Shown: positions 11,159 to 20,865 of the stretch, piece by piece
Position numbering within the stretch: the stretch's first letter is position 1
Layout of the letters: each line of letters starts with the position of its first letter
DNA from: Candidatus Dormiibacterota bacterium
GTDB lineage: Bacteria; Chloroflexota; Dormibacteria; Aeolococcales; Aeolococcaceae
DNA length: 64,000 nt
Direction of reading: 5' to 3'
NCBI GenBank assembly: GCA_963709585.1
Contig: CAVPXI010000023.1
Location: forward strand, 197,310 to 261,309
Notes under the pieces: model-generated
Seen by the model: only the letters and a program-made list of their open reading frames with translations
Database searches by the model: none
Told to the model about the DNA's origin: nothing
Position numbers and translations under genes: made by a program

Positions 11159-11659
11159 TCACGTCTCCCTGCTCGGAATCTGCTTGCTCTCCACGAGGAA
11201 CGCTTCGAGGTGGGTGACCACGAAGCGGTGGTCCTCGATTTGGGGCAGCCCTGACACCGCCACCGTGCCGATGCACCCGCTGGCTCCGAGCATCACCGGA
11301 AATGCACCGCCGTGGGCGGCGAACATGCTGACGTCCAGGCGAGAGTCGGTATCGAAGTCGCGGCCGTCGGCGCGGAATGTGCAGCCGACGAAATACGACG
11401 AGTGACCGTAACGCTCGGCGACGGCTGCCTTGCGCGAGAGCCACACGTCGTTGTCCGCCGAGGACCCTGGCAGAGCGGCGTGGAACAGACACTGGCCGTT
11501 GCGCCGGATCGCGATTGCGACCGGCAGGCGCGCCTCCCGCGCCGCGGCGCGCAGGCGTGACCCGAGCTCCCACGCGACGTCGTGGTCGAAGCGCGTAAAG
11601 ACCAGGCGCTCTTCTTCCGCCAGCAGCGCGGCCAGCTGTTCGGCGGCGGCTTCGTTCAC
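11159..11659 (-). CDS. Heme-degrading domain (GlcG/HbpS-like, UPF0303) protein
   Basis: EEERLVFTRFD..AWELG, NDVWLSRK..V.R.GHSS, HGGAFPV, VAVSGLPQ.EDH. Confidence 0.8.
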   Translation of the reverse strand: MNEAAAEQLAALLAEEERLVFTRFDHDVAWELGSRLRAAAREARLPVAIAIRRNGQCLFHAALPGSSADNDVWLSRKAAVAERYGHSSYFVGCTFRADGRDFDTDSRLDVSMFAAHGGAFPVMLGASGCIGTVAVSGLPQIEDHRFVVTHLEAFLVESKQIPSRET

Positions 11660-12687
11660 GGAGCGGGCACCGGCACGACGGCGCCGGTGGTGGCGCTGGA
11701 CCTGGCTGCCTCGAGCAGGGTTGCGGTGGCGACGGCATCACGCGCATTCACGGGTGGCGGGTTGCTGCCGCGAACCGCTCCCGCGAAGGCCGGGTAGAAC
11801 CGATCCCATCGACCACGCTCGGTGGCGTATGGCCCGGCCGCCGTCCCCCGGTACAGGGTGCCGTGGCTCTCGGGTGGCTCAACGCCCCACCCCGCGCCGA
11901 GGGACGCGGGAGTCTCACCGGCGATCAGATCGTTCTCCTGGGTGTCGGCGGGTCCGAGCACGTAGGTCGCCTCGGTGCCCGTGACCCTGTAGCGCGGGCC
12001 AGGCGCGAATTGGCTCCAGCTTCCCGACAGGTGGGACTGGGCGCCACTCGCATGGGTCACGGCGATGAACACGTCGTCGTCGAGGCCGGAGTCGCGAATC
12101 CGCCACTCCGCGTAAACGCTCACCGCCGGGCCGAGCAACACCAGGGCCTGGTCCGCGAGATGGCTGCCGAAGTCGCGCAAGGTGCCACCACCGGATTTGC
12201 CTGGCCCTCGCTGCGGTGCGTAGCGTTCGAAGCGTGACTCGAAACGGGTGACCATCCCGAGCTCGCCATCGTCGACGAGTTTCCGAACGGTGAGGAAGTC
12301 CGAATCCCAGCGCCGGTTCTGGTACGGACTCAGGAGGAGCCCGCGCTGCTCGGCGAGATCGACCGTGTGCCGCGCAGCCTCGGGATCGAGCGCGAACGGT
12401 TTGTCGCACACGACCGCCAGACCCAGCTGTAGGGCCTGCTCGGTGAGGCTGGAATGGGTTTCCGCCGGCGTCGAGATGGCCACCGCTTCGACGCCGGCAT
12501 CGACGAGCGCGGCGAGCGACGCGAAGGTCCGCGTGCCGGGCAGCTCACGGGCAACCAGCGCCTGGCGCTCGGAAGAGGAGGTCATGACCCCGACCAGATC
12601 GCACTCGGGCGCCGACGCGATCAGCGGGGCGTGGAAGTAGCGGCCGCCGAACCCATAGCCGACCAGGCCGAACCGTACCGGGGTCAT
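11656..12687 (-). CDS. Gfo/Idh/MocA family oxidoreductase (YdgJ/IolW-like)
   Basis: GLVGYGFGG..FHAP, CDKPF, YQNRRWDSDF, DFGSHLAD. Confidence 0.9.
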   Translation of the reverse strand: MTPVRFGLVGYGFGGRYFHAPLIASAPECDLVGVMTSSSERQALVARELPGTRTFASLAALVDAGVEAVAISTPAETHSSLTEQALQLGLAVVCDKPFALDPEAARHTVDLAEQRGLLLSPYQNRRWDSDFLTVRKLVDDGELGMVTRFESRFERYAPQRGPGKSGGGTLRDFGSHLADQALVLLGPAVSVYAEWRIRDSGLDDDVFIAVTHASGAQSHLSGSWSQFAPGPRYRVTGTEATYVLGPADTQENDLIAGETPASLGAGWGVEPPESHGTLYRGTAAGPYATERGRWDRFYPAFAGAVRGSNPPPVNARDAVATATLLEAARSSATTGAVVPVPAP

Positions 12688-12736
12688 GACCTACCTCGCG
12701 GGTCGCGCCCGGAGGCGATGGTGTCGCGGTCGCCGG

Positions 12737-13744
12737 TCATCGCTCACTCGGATAGACCACGCCCAGCGCGGCTCGCGCGCCGTCGAGGATCTCGAGGATG
12801 GCGATCGTGTCGGCATGCGGTATCAGCGGGCTCTCCATGAGCCCGGCGCGGAGGCAGCGGTCGACCTCCTCGATCTCGGGTCCGTAGCCGTGACCCCGTC
12901 CGGCCAGCGGGTCGTCAAAGTGAGTTTCGCCCGCGTCGCTGTGGACGATCATCCCGCCGGGACGGTAGGCCACCGGGAGGAACGAGATCCAGCCTTCGCT
13001 GCCGAGGATGGCTGCCTCGTTGGGGGCATGGATGGATGCCGACGCCCAGAGTTGCGCGCCCGGGCGGCCGCCGTACAGCCACTCCATGGCGACAGTGTCA
13101 TCGGATCCGGTCGGTGACAGGGTGCCGATGGTCCGGACCTCGTCCGGACGACCGAGGAAGAGGTACGCGAAGGTGGCGGGGTAGACCCCGAGGTCGAGGA
13201 GGGCGCCGCCCCCGTTCTCGACGTCGTAGAGCCGGTGGGTGGGGTCGAACGCGAGTCCGAGTCCGAACTCGTTGCGCAGACCGCGGACCGCACCGATGAC
13301 CCCGTCGGCGATCAACTGCTGGGCCTGGCGGATCAGCGGGTTGGCGCGAGTCCACATGGCCTCCATCGCGAACACACCGGCCTTGGTCGCGGCTGTGAAG
13401 ACCTCGCGCGTGTCGGCGGCGTTCAGACACACGGGCTTTTCGATGAGGACGGCCTTGCCGGCTTCGATCGCCAGGAGCGCGTGCGCACGGTGGTGGGGGT
13501 GTGTGGTGGTCACGTAGACGACATCGATCTCGTCATCGTTCACCAGAGCGCTGTAATCGCCGTAACTTCGCGCAGCGCCGTGGCGGTCGGCGAACCGCGC
13601 GGCGCGGTCTGCATCTCGCGCGGCCACGGCGGCGACGACGTTGCCGTCGGTCAGGTTGATATCGCCGCTGACGATGTCCGCGATATAGCCGGCGCCGAGG
13701 ATGCCCCAGCGAATCGGTCGGCCGTCGGCGATTGGGAGTGGCAT
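12737..13744 (-). CDS. Gfo/Idh/MocA family oxidoreductase (aldose/D-xylose dehydrogenase-like)
   Basis: IRWGILGAGYIA, LIEKP, MEAMWTR, GGGALLDLGVY. Confidence 0.88.
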   Translation of the reverse strand: MPLPIADGRPIRWGILGAGYIADIVSGDINLTDGNVVAAVAARDADRAARFADRHGAARSYGDYSALVNDDEIDVVYVTTTHPHHRAHALLAIEAGKAVLIEKPVCLNAADTREVFTAATKAGVFAMEAMWTRANPLIRQAQQLIADGVIGAVRGLRNEFGLGLAFDPTHRLYDVENGGGALLDLGVYPATFAYLFLGRPDEVRTIGTLSPTGSDDTVAMEWLYGGRPGAQLWASASIHAPNEAAILGSEGWISFLPVAYRPGGMIVHSDAGETHFDDPLAGRGHGYGPEIEEVDRCLRAGLMESPLIPHADTIAILEILDGARAALGVVYPSER

Positions 13745-13762
13745 TGGTGATCAGTCCCTCTG

Positions 13763-15487
13763 TCAGTGGGATTCGCGAGAAACTCTGTCGCCTGTGGACC
13801 CGACCAGGAAGTCGAGGTCCGCACCGGTGTTGGCCTGCTGGACGGTCTCGACGTAGAGCCGCTCCCAGCCGCGTATGGGTTTCGCGTAGGCGTCGACGGT
13901 GGCCTGGTTTGGTGTCCGCGCCGCCAGCTCGGCCGCGGGAATGTCGATGTCGATCCGTCGTCCCGGGACGTCGAGGATCACAAAGTCGCCGGTGCGAACG
14001 AGCCCGAGCGGACCCCCGGCGGCGGCTTCGGGCGACACATGGAGCACCACCGTGCCATACGCAGTTCCGCTCATCCGGCCGTCACAGATGCGAACCATAT
14101 CGCGCACGCCCTGGCGCAGGAGTTTGGCCGGCAGCGGCAGGTTCGCCACCTCGGGCATGCCGGGATAGCCCTTCGGGCCGCACCCACGGAGGATCAGAAC
14201 CGAGTTGGCGTCGACGTCCAGGTCCGGGTCGTCGATGCGAGCGTGCATGTCCTCGATCGAGTCGAAGACGAGGGCCCGTCCGCGGTGCTGCAACAGGTGG
14301 CCGGACGCCGCCGCAGGCTTGATCACCGCGCCGCCCGGGGCCAGGTTGCCGTAGAGGACGGCAATGCCCGCGTGCTGCTGCAGCGCCTCCGAGCGGGTGT
14401 GGATGACCTCGTGATCCCAGATCGCGGCACCGGCGAGATGTTCGACGAGCGGTGTGCCGGTGACAGTGAGTGCGGTGGGATCGAGCAGGTCCCTCACCTC
14501 ACTCAACACGGCATGCAGACCGCCGGCGCGGAAGAAGTCCTCCATCAGGAAACGGCCTGCCGGCTGCAGATCCACGAGCAGCGGAACCTGGGAACCGGTG
14601 AGGTCGAAGTCGTCCTGGGTGAGTTCGATGCCCAGGCGTGCGGCGATGGCGAGCAGGTGGACAACCGCGTTGGTCGAGCCCCCGATCGCGGCCAGCGCGA
14701 CGATCGCGTTGAGGAACGAGCCGCGAGTCAGCAGCGCAGATGGCGTTCGATGGGCCGCGACCATCTCGACCGCAAGCCTGCCGGTGTCATGGGCGCTCTG
14801 GAGCAGCCGGCTGTCGGGAGCAGGCGTCCCGGCCACACCGGGCAACACCATCCCGAGTGCCTCGGCGACCAGCGCCATCGTCGAGGCGGTGCCCATGGTG
14901 TTGCAGTGGCCGCGGCTGCGAATCATCGACGACTCCGACTGGAGGAACTCGGCCTCGGACAGGGTCCCGGCGCGAACCTCCTCCGACAGGCGCCACACGT
15001 CGGTGCCACACCCCAGCGCCTGGCCGTGGAATGTACCGGTCAGCATCGGGCCGCCGGGAATCACCACGGCGGGAAGGTCGACCGAGGCTGCCGCCATCAG
15101 CAACGCCGGGATGGTCTTGTCGCAGCCGCCGAGCAGGACCACCCCGTCGATCGGGTTGGCGCGGAGCATCTCCTCGGTCGCCATCGCGGCCATGTTTCGC
15201 CAGAGCATGGCCGTCGGGCGGACCAGGGTCTCGCCGAGAGAGATCACCGGCAGGTTCAGCGGAATGCCGCCGGCTTCATAGACGCCCTGTTTGACGCTCT
15301 CGGCAACCTCGTTGAGGTGCGCGTTGCAGGGAGTCAGGTCGGAGGCGGTGTTGGCGATGGCGATATGCGGACGGCCGTCGAAGGCGTGGGCAGGGAGACC
15401 GCGACGCATCCACGCCCGATGGATGTACGCGTTGCGATCGGTCCCCCCGTACCACTGCGCGCTTCGTTGCCGCACCACGCTCACCAC
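13763..15487 (-). CDS. IlvD/Edd family sugar-acid dehydratase (L-arabinonate dehydratase-like)
   Basis: SDLTPCNAH, LGGCDKT, GHCNTMGTASTM, GGSTNA, GPKGYPGMPEV, DGRMSGTAYG. Confidence 0.92.
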   Translation of the reverse strand: MVSVVRQRSAQWYGGTDRNAYIHRAWMRRGLPAHAFDGRPHIAIANTASDLTPCNAHLNEVAESVKQGVYEAGGIPLNLPVISLGETLVRPTAMLWRNMAAMATEEMLRANPIDGVVLLGGCDKTIPALLMAAASVDLPAVVIPGGPMLTGTFHGQALGCGTDVWRLSEEVRAGTLSEAEFLQSESSMIRSRGHCNTMGTASTMALVAEALGMVLPGVAGTPAPDSRLLQSAHDTGRLAVEMVAAHRTPSALLTRGSFLNAIVALAAIGGSTNAVVHLLAIAARLGIELTQDDFDLTGSQVPLLVDLQPAGRFLMEDFFRAGGLHAVLSEVRDLLDPTALTVTGTPLVEHLAGAAIWDHEVIHTRSEALQQHAGIAVLYGNLAPGGAVIKPAAASGHLLQHRGRALVFDSIEDMHARIDDPDLDVDANSVLILRGCGPKGYPGMPEVANLPLPAKLLRQGVRDMVRICDGRMSGTAYGTVVLHVSPEAAAGGPLGLVRTGDFVILDVPGRRIDIDIPAAELAARTPNQATVDAYAKPIRGWERLYVETVQQANTGADLDFLVGSTGDRVSRESH

Positions 15488-15575
15488 CTTTGCAATCCCG
15501 GACGAGGCTCCATAGCGAGGCTCTATATTGTCGAGCGCTGATGGCAGTGCGTCGCCGCCGCTTCGCCGTCACCTC

Positions 15576-16502
15576 GTGAAGCGGTTTCACGCAGTTCCCG
15601 CCTCCGAGGAGCGCTACGGCCTCGCCGAGGGTCCGTACTGGGACGGCGACCGAAAGCGGGTGCTCTGGGTCGACATCAACGCCGGAGACGTGCACACCGC
15701 AACCCTCTCCGCGCAGCGTGTGATCCACGAGACGGCGCTGCACCTCCCCGAGACGGTCGGCGCGGTGGTGAGCTCGAGACAGGGTGAGCTCCTGGTCGCG
15801 GGAGCACGACGCCTGTACTACGTGTCTCCCGAGGGTGCCGTCAGCCCCGGCCCGAGCATCCTCCCCGAGCACGTCGACAGCAGGCTGAACGACGGCGGGT
15901 GCGATCCGGCCGGACGATTTCTGGTGGGCAGCCTTGCCCTCGACGACCGGGCGTACGCGGAGGTCCTGGTCCGGGTGGAAGCGGACGGCCGGCTCGTGGT
16001 GCTCGACGAGGATCTCGGCATGTCAAACGGCCTCGCGTTTTCGCGTCACGGCGACCAGCTCTACAGCGTCGACACCACGCCCGGCATCGTGTGGGTCCGC
16101 GACTACGACTCCGCCGACTGGAGCCGCCGGTCGGCGTCGCGAATTCCTGCGTCTGGAGGGCGACCAACCCGACGGCCTCTGCGTGGACGGTGAGGGAAAC
16201 CTCTGGATCGCCATGTGGGGACTTGGGCAGGTGCGCTGCTACTCCCCATCGGGCGCCCACCGTGCGGTCGTCGACGTGGCCGCGCCGAATACGACCAGCG
16301 CCGCCTTCGTTGGAGCGTCCCTTGACACGCTCCTGATCACCACCGCGTCGGAGCAACTCTCGGACGCGCAGCGCGCGCGATATCCCGACTCCGGCCGGTT
16401 GTTCACCGCCAGAGTCGGCGTGAGCGGGCTGCCCGTGCACCGCTGGGCGGGCTCCAGGGGCGTGCCATCTCCGGCCTCACACTCAAGGCGAACACCGCAT
16501 GA
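15576..16502 (+). CDS. SMP-30/gluconolactonase family sugar lactonase (frameshift ~16116; 3' end uncertain)
   Basis: LAEGPYWD, RLNDGGCDPAGR, SNGLAFS; continues in the alternate frame as PDGLCVDGEGNLWIAMWG..LLITTA. No in-frame stop before the next gene, so a second indel is likely. Confidence 0.8.
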
Positions 16503-17551
16503 GGGCGTTCGTTGTCACGGCGCCGCACGAAGGTGCCGTCCAGGAGGTTCCCAACCCGATCGCCGGCCCTGGACAGGTCGTCGTCGACATATCCCGAGCC
16601 GGGGTCTGCGGCACCGACGTCGAGTTCTGGACCGGCGAGATGGCCTACCTACACCAGGGACACGCCCGATACCCGCTTCGGCCCGGGCACGAGTGGTGCG
16701 GCGTGGTCTCGGCGCTCGGTGCCGGGGTGGACGCAACCTGGCTGGGTCGGCGGGTGACGGGCGACACCATGCTCGGCTGCGGGCACTGTGATCGCTGCAG
16801 TTCCGGTCATCACAACGTTTGCGAGGAGCGCGTCGAGATCGGCATCCGGCGGTGGCTTCCCCGGCGCCCTGGCCGAGCAGCTGGCGGTGCCGGCAACCGC
16901 GTTGCTGGCGTTGCCGGACAGCGTGGACGATGCCGCCGGCGCGATGGTCGAGCCTGGCGGCAACGCGCTCCGTTCGGTCCGGGCGGCCGCACTCTCGGCA
17001 GGCGACCGTGCGCTGGTGCTCGGCACCGGGACGATGGGGCTTCTCGCCGCCGAGTTCGCCCGCGCCGGGGGCGTGGACGTTCATCTCATGGGCCGATCGC
17101 CGGATGGCCTCAACTTCGCCCAGGCCCTTGGTTTCGCCGGAGTTCTGGCGGCGCGCCGATCTACCGCGGCTGCGCTGGGACGCGGTCATCGACGCCACCA
17201 ACGCAGCCGAACTCCCGGCACTCGCGCTCGATCTGGTGGAGCCCGGGCAAGCGGGTCGTCTACCTTGGACTCTCCGGCACCCCCAGCCTCGTCGACACCC
17301 GCACGATCGCGCTCAAGGACGTCACCGCGGTGGGAATCCTTGCCGCGTCTCAGGGTCTCGCCGGGACGATCGAGCACTACGCCGCCGGCACGGTCGACCC
17401 GAGACCGCTCGTCGCTGCCACGGTCGGGCTCCACCGGGTTGGTGACGTGCTGGCCGGATGGCGACCCCGCACGGGATCTGGGGGACCGAAGCTCCACATC
17501 GACCCACGACTGCAAGACGACACCACATGGAGAGTGCACGCACATGAATGA
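16499..17551 (+). CDS. Zinc-dependent alcohol/polyol dehydrogenase (MDR family; three apparent indels at ~16848, ~17143, ~17245)
   Basis: GVCGTD, PGHEWCG, CGHCDRC..C, then GALAEQ, VEPG, VLGTGTMG, DAVIDAT across successive frames. Confidence 0.8.
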   Translation: MRAFVVTAPHEGAVQEVPNPIAGPGQVVVDISRAGVCGTDVEFWTGEMAYLHQGHARYPLRPGHEWCGVVSALGAGVDATWLGRRVTGDTMLGCGHCDRCSSGHHNVCEERVEIGIRRWLPRRPGRAAGGAGNRVAGVAGQRGRCRRRDGRAWRQRAPFGPGGRTLGRRPCAGARHRDDGASRRRVRPRRGRGRSSHGPIAGWPQLRPGPWFRRSSGGAPIYRGCAGTRSSTPPTQPNSRHSRSIWWSPGKRVVYLGLSGTPSLVDTRTIALKDVTAVGILAASQGLAGTIEHYAAGTVDPRPLVAATVGLHRVGDVLAGWRPRTGSGGPKLHIDPRLQDDTTWRVHAHE

Positions 17552-18290
17552 CTTCGACGGACTGGTCGCGGTGATCACCGGTGGCGCAAGCGGCATCGGA
17601 GCCGCCACCGCAACCCATCTCCTCGGGCGCGGCGCCACCGTGGCGGTCCTTGATCGCGTGTACCCGGCAGTCACGCGCGCGGCGGTGCTGGAGGTCCCGT
17701 GCGACGTCGCAGACCCCGACTCCACGCGCACCGCCGTCGACACCGTGGCCAGCGCACTCGGATCGATCGACATTCTGGTCAACAACGCGGGGATCGGAGC
17801 GACCGGCGACGTGACTCAGAACGAGGATGACGAGTGGCATCGCGTGTTGAGCGTCAACGTCATCGGCATCGCCCGCGTCACCCGCGCTGCGCTGCCGTAT
17901 CTGCGCCGGTCGAGCAATGCAGCGATCGTCAACACCTGCTCCGTGGTCGCCGACGTCGGCGTCCCCCAGCGCGCGCTGTACTCGGCGAGCAAGGGGGCGG
18001 TGCGGTCGTTGACCCTCGCGATGGCCGCGGACTTTGTCACCGAGGGCATCCGAGTCAACGCCGTCACTCCGGGAACCGCAGACACCCCATGGGTGCGACG
18101 GCTGCTCGACCAGGCGTCCGACGCGGATGCGGCCGCCGCCGCCCTGCGCGCGCGCCAGCCGATGGGCCGCCTGGTCACCGCCGACGAGGTCGCGTTCGCC
18201 ATCGCCTACCTGGCCAGCCCACTGTCGGGGTCGACCACCGGCACGATGCTCGCGGTCGACGGTGGCATGGCCGGCATACGCGTGGGGTAG
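17544..18290 (+). CDS. SDR family oxidoreductase (2-keto-3-deoxy sugar-acid dehydrogenase-like)
   Basis: ATG 17544 MNDFDGLVAVITGGASGIG; NNAG; YSASKG; IRVNAVTPG. Confidence 0.9.
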   Translation: MNDFDGLVAVITGGASGIGAATATHLLGRGATVAVLDRVYPAVTRAAVLEVPCDVADPDSTRTAVDTVASALGSIDILVNNAGIGATGDVTQNEDDEWHRVLSVNVIGIARVTRAALPYLRRSSNAAIVNTCSVVADVGVPQRALYSASKGAVRSLTLAMAADFVTEGIRVNAVTPGTADTPWVRRLLDQASDADAAAAALRARQPMGRLVTADEVAFAIAYLASPLSGSTTGTMLAVDGGMAGIRVG

Positions 18291-18307
18291 CGTCGCGTCT
18301 CGAGCGT

Positions 18308-19794
18308 TCAGATGCCGGTCCGGTGGGTCCAATCTCCCGCGAGCATCGTGGCCGCGACCGGCATGGTTCGCAGGGCGCTCGGTTCAGCGCTGAACGGGTC
18401 GCCGTCGAGCACCATGATGTCGGCAGGGTCGCCGGCGCGGAGCGTCGCGTCACCGCGTCCCGGGGGCATCGACGCGGCGAGCGCCTCGGCGACGGTGATC
18501 TCCTGCTCGGGATGCCAGCGAGCACGCTCATCTCGGGTGCGGTGAACAGCGGCGCCGACGGCCAACCACGGGTCAAGCGGCGCAACCGGCGCGTCGGAGC
18601 CGAAGACGAGGACCGCGCCGGCATCGAGGAGCGAGCGGAGCGGGAACGCGCGCCGCGAGCGTTCGGCCCAGTAGCGGTCAGCGACGTCTCGATCGTCGAG
18701 AGCATGCTCGGGTTGGACGCTCGCGATCACTCCCAACTGCGCGAAGCGGCCCAGGTCCGCGTCGTCGAGCAATTGCGCGTGCTCGATGCTGCCGCGCGCA
18801 CCGGTTTGCGCGAACGCTTGCAACGCGATGGCGTTGGCACGATCCCCGATGGCGTGGATCGCGCATTCGAAGCCGGCGTCCCTGGCGCGCAGCATGAGTC
18901 GCGAAAGCTCGCGTGCCGTTACGAGGAGAACGCCATTCTCCTCGGCAGCGCCGCGGACGCGGGATACGCGTCGTAACAGAACGCGGTGCGTGTGTTCAGC
19001 GAGCCGTCGGTGATGATCTTCAGAGGCCCAGCGATGAGCAGCCCGCCGGTGCCGCCGATGACGGCCCCGGTGTGCAGGTGTTGCGCAATGGCGTCGTCGA
19101 GTTGCTCCGGCCACACGGCGCTGGCGACGCGCAGCGATCGATTGCCCTCCGTCATCCGGCGCCGCCACGCCTCGAGCGACCACGGCTTCTCCATGTCCAC
19201 GATGCCGACAACGCCTCGAGCAGCCGCGGCCCGCGACGCGGCGTGGCACCACGCATCGGCGACCTCATCGGCAACCATCCCGACCTGACCGATGACCCCC
19301 ATCGCCGCGTCCTCGCGCAGCAGCCCGGTCGTGTGGCCCGCGTGTCCGAACCGGCGGAGCGCGGCAGTGCTGAGCCACGCGCTGTGCAGATCGGCACTGA
19401 TGAGCACCACCGGCAGCTCGCCGCACATCTCGTCCAGCACCTCGCGATGCGGCGCATCCGGCCAGAGCGCATCGCGAAATCCGTATCCGACCACGGGCAT
19501 GTCGAGATCCTGTTGGGAGCTGGCGATGTGGGTCGCAAGCAAGCGCGCCGCTGCGGCCGCTGTGTCGACACCGGAAAGATCGAGACGCGCCCTGATCTGC
19601 GCCCACTGGTCGAAGTGCACATGGCGGTCCCAGAGCCCGGGCAGCAGAAACCGGCCATCGACATCGACCACCTCTGCCGTCTGCGCTCGGCCCTCGATGT
19701 CGCCGATTTCAGCCACATGCCCGTCGGCAACCAGGACGTCCTGGGGTGGCGCTTGCGGCGCGAGGCGCGCCTGACGGAACAGAACGGTCGTCAA
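18308..19794 (-). CDS. Amidohydrolase 3 (YtcJ-like) metal-dependent hydrolase (frameshift ~18962)
   Basis: LLPGLWDRHVH, DLHSAWLS, KIITDGSLNTRTA; then IHAIGDRA, IEHAQ, SVQP, FGSDAPV. TTG start estimated. Confidence 0.82.
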
Positions 19795-19839
19795 TGCGAC
19801 GGCACCACGACGCGTGCACAGCGTGGTCCACTGTGACCG

Positions 19840-20865
19840 ATGCACGGATTGGCGACCGCTATGGTCATCGGGATTTCGGTCATCGCACTCGTCGCCACGT
19901 TAGCGGCGAGCGAGTTCCTCGTGCGCGGCGTCGGGCGTCTGGCTCGCAACCTCGGCCTGCTCGGTGGCGTCGTCGGTTTGATCGTAGCCCTCGGCGCGGA
20001 TTCGCCGGAGATCTCGTCGTCGGTCTCCGCCGTCGCCAATGGGTCGGCTGCAACCGGGGCGGGCATCGTCTTCGGCTCGAACGTGTTCAACATCGCCGTG
20101 CTCCTCGGTGGGGCAGCGCTCGCCGCGGGGTCGGTGAGGATCCCGCCTGCAGCGCTGGCGATCGACGCGGGCGTCGCGATCCTGGTGACACTGGCGATCG
20201 GTTTGGTCGTGCTCGGCGCGCTACCTGTAGTGGTCGGCCTGTTCCTGATGCTCGTCGTGTTCGTCCCGTACGTCGTCTTTCTGATCCTGCGCACGTCGAC
20301 CATCGCGCGGCTGCCGCTTGACAACCGGCTGAAAGCCCTGCTCGTCAGTGCGTCGCGTGAAGCAGGCGTTGAGGGAATCGAACTCGAGACCGAGCTCGAG
20401 GAGCGGAGCCAAAGCGCCCCGGCGCGCAGCTGGCGCCCGGTCGTGCTGATGGCACCAGCTTTGCTGGTCATCGTGGTCGGGTCGCTGCTCATGGTGCAGG
20501 GTGCCGTCACGCTCGGAGAGCGCTGGGGCGTCGCCAGCGTGCTGGTTGGTGTGGTTGCGCTGGCCGCGGCGACAAGTCTTCCGAATGCGTATGCGGCAAT
20601 TCGACTGGGGCGGGATGGCCGCGGCGCAGCCGTTGTCAGCGCGACCTTCAACAGCAACACGTTGAACTTGATCGCCGGCATCGCGGTGCCGATCATTCTC
20701 TTTCCGGCGCTGCGGGGCTCGGTCCCGGCAGGCTACATGGTATGGCTGGTCGGCACGAGCGTGCTCGCGCTCATCCTGCTTGCAGCCGGTCTCAACCGTC
20801 GCGGCGCAGCTCTGCTTCTCCTGGTCTACGCTGGATTTGTCGCATACGCCGTGCTCACGGCCTAG
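19840..20865 (+). CDS. Cation/Ca2+ antiporter (CaCA, YrbG-like) membrane protein
   Basis: Two alpha-repeat-like segments, ALGADSPEISSS..GSNVFNI and AAATSLPNAYAA..NSNTLNL; about 10 TM segments. Confidence 0.8.
   Translation: MHGLATAMVIGISVIALVATLAASEFLVRGVGRLARNLGLLGGVVGLIVALGADSPEISSSVSAVANGSAATGAGIVFGSNVFNIAVLLGGAALAAGSVRIPPAALAIDAGVAILVTLAIGLVVLGALPVVVGLFLMLVVFVPYVVFLILRTSTIARLPLDNRLKALLVSASREAGVEGIELETELEERSQSAPARSWRPVVLMAPALLVIVVGSLLMVQGAVTLGERWGVASVLVGVVALAAATSLPNAYAAIRLGRDGRGAAVVSATFNSNTLNLIAGIAVPIILFPALRGSVPAGYMVWLVGTSVLALILLAAGLNRRGAALLLLVYAGFVAYAVLTA

Noticed and set aside
13766-15541. Long antisense or alternate-frame ORFs (also 28927..31272, 38618..40294, 40752..42269)
   Set aside because: Stop-poor shadows of real genes in high-GC DNA with no recognisable motifs, except that the end of 38618..40294 is rimP.
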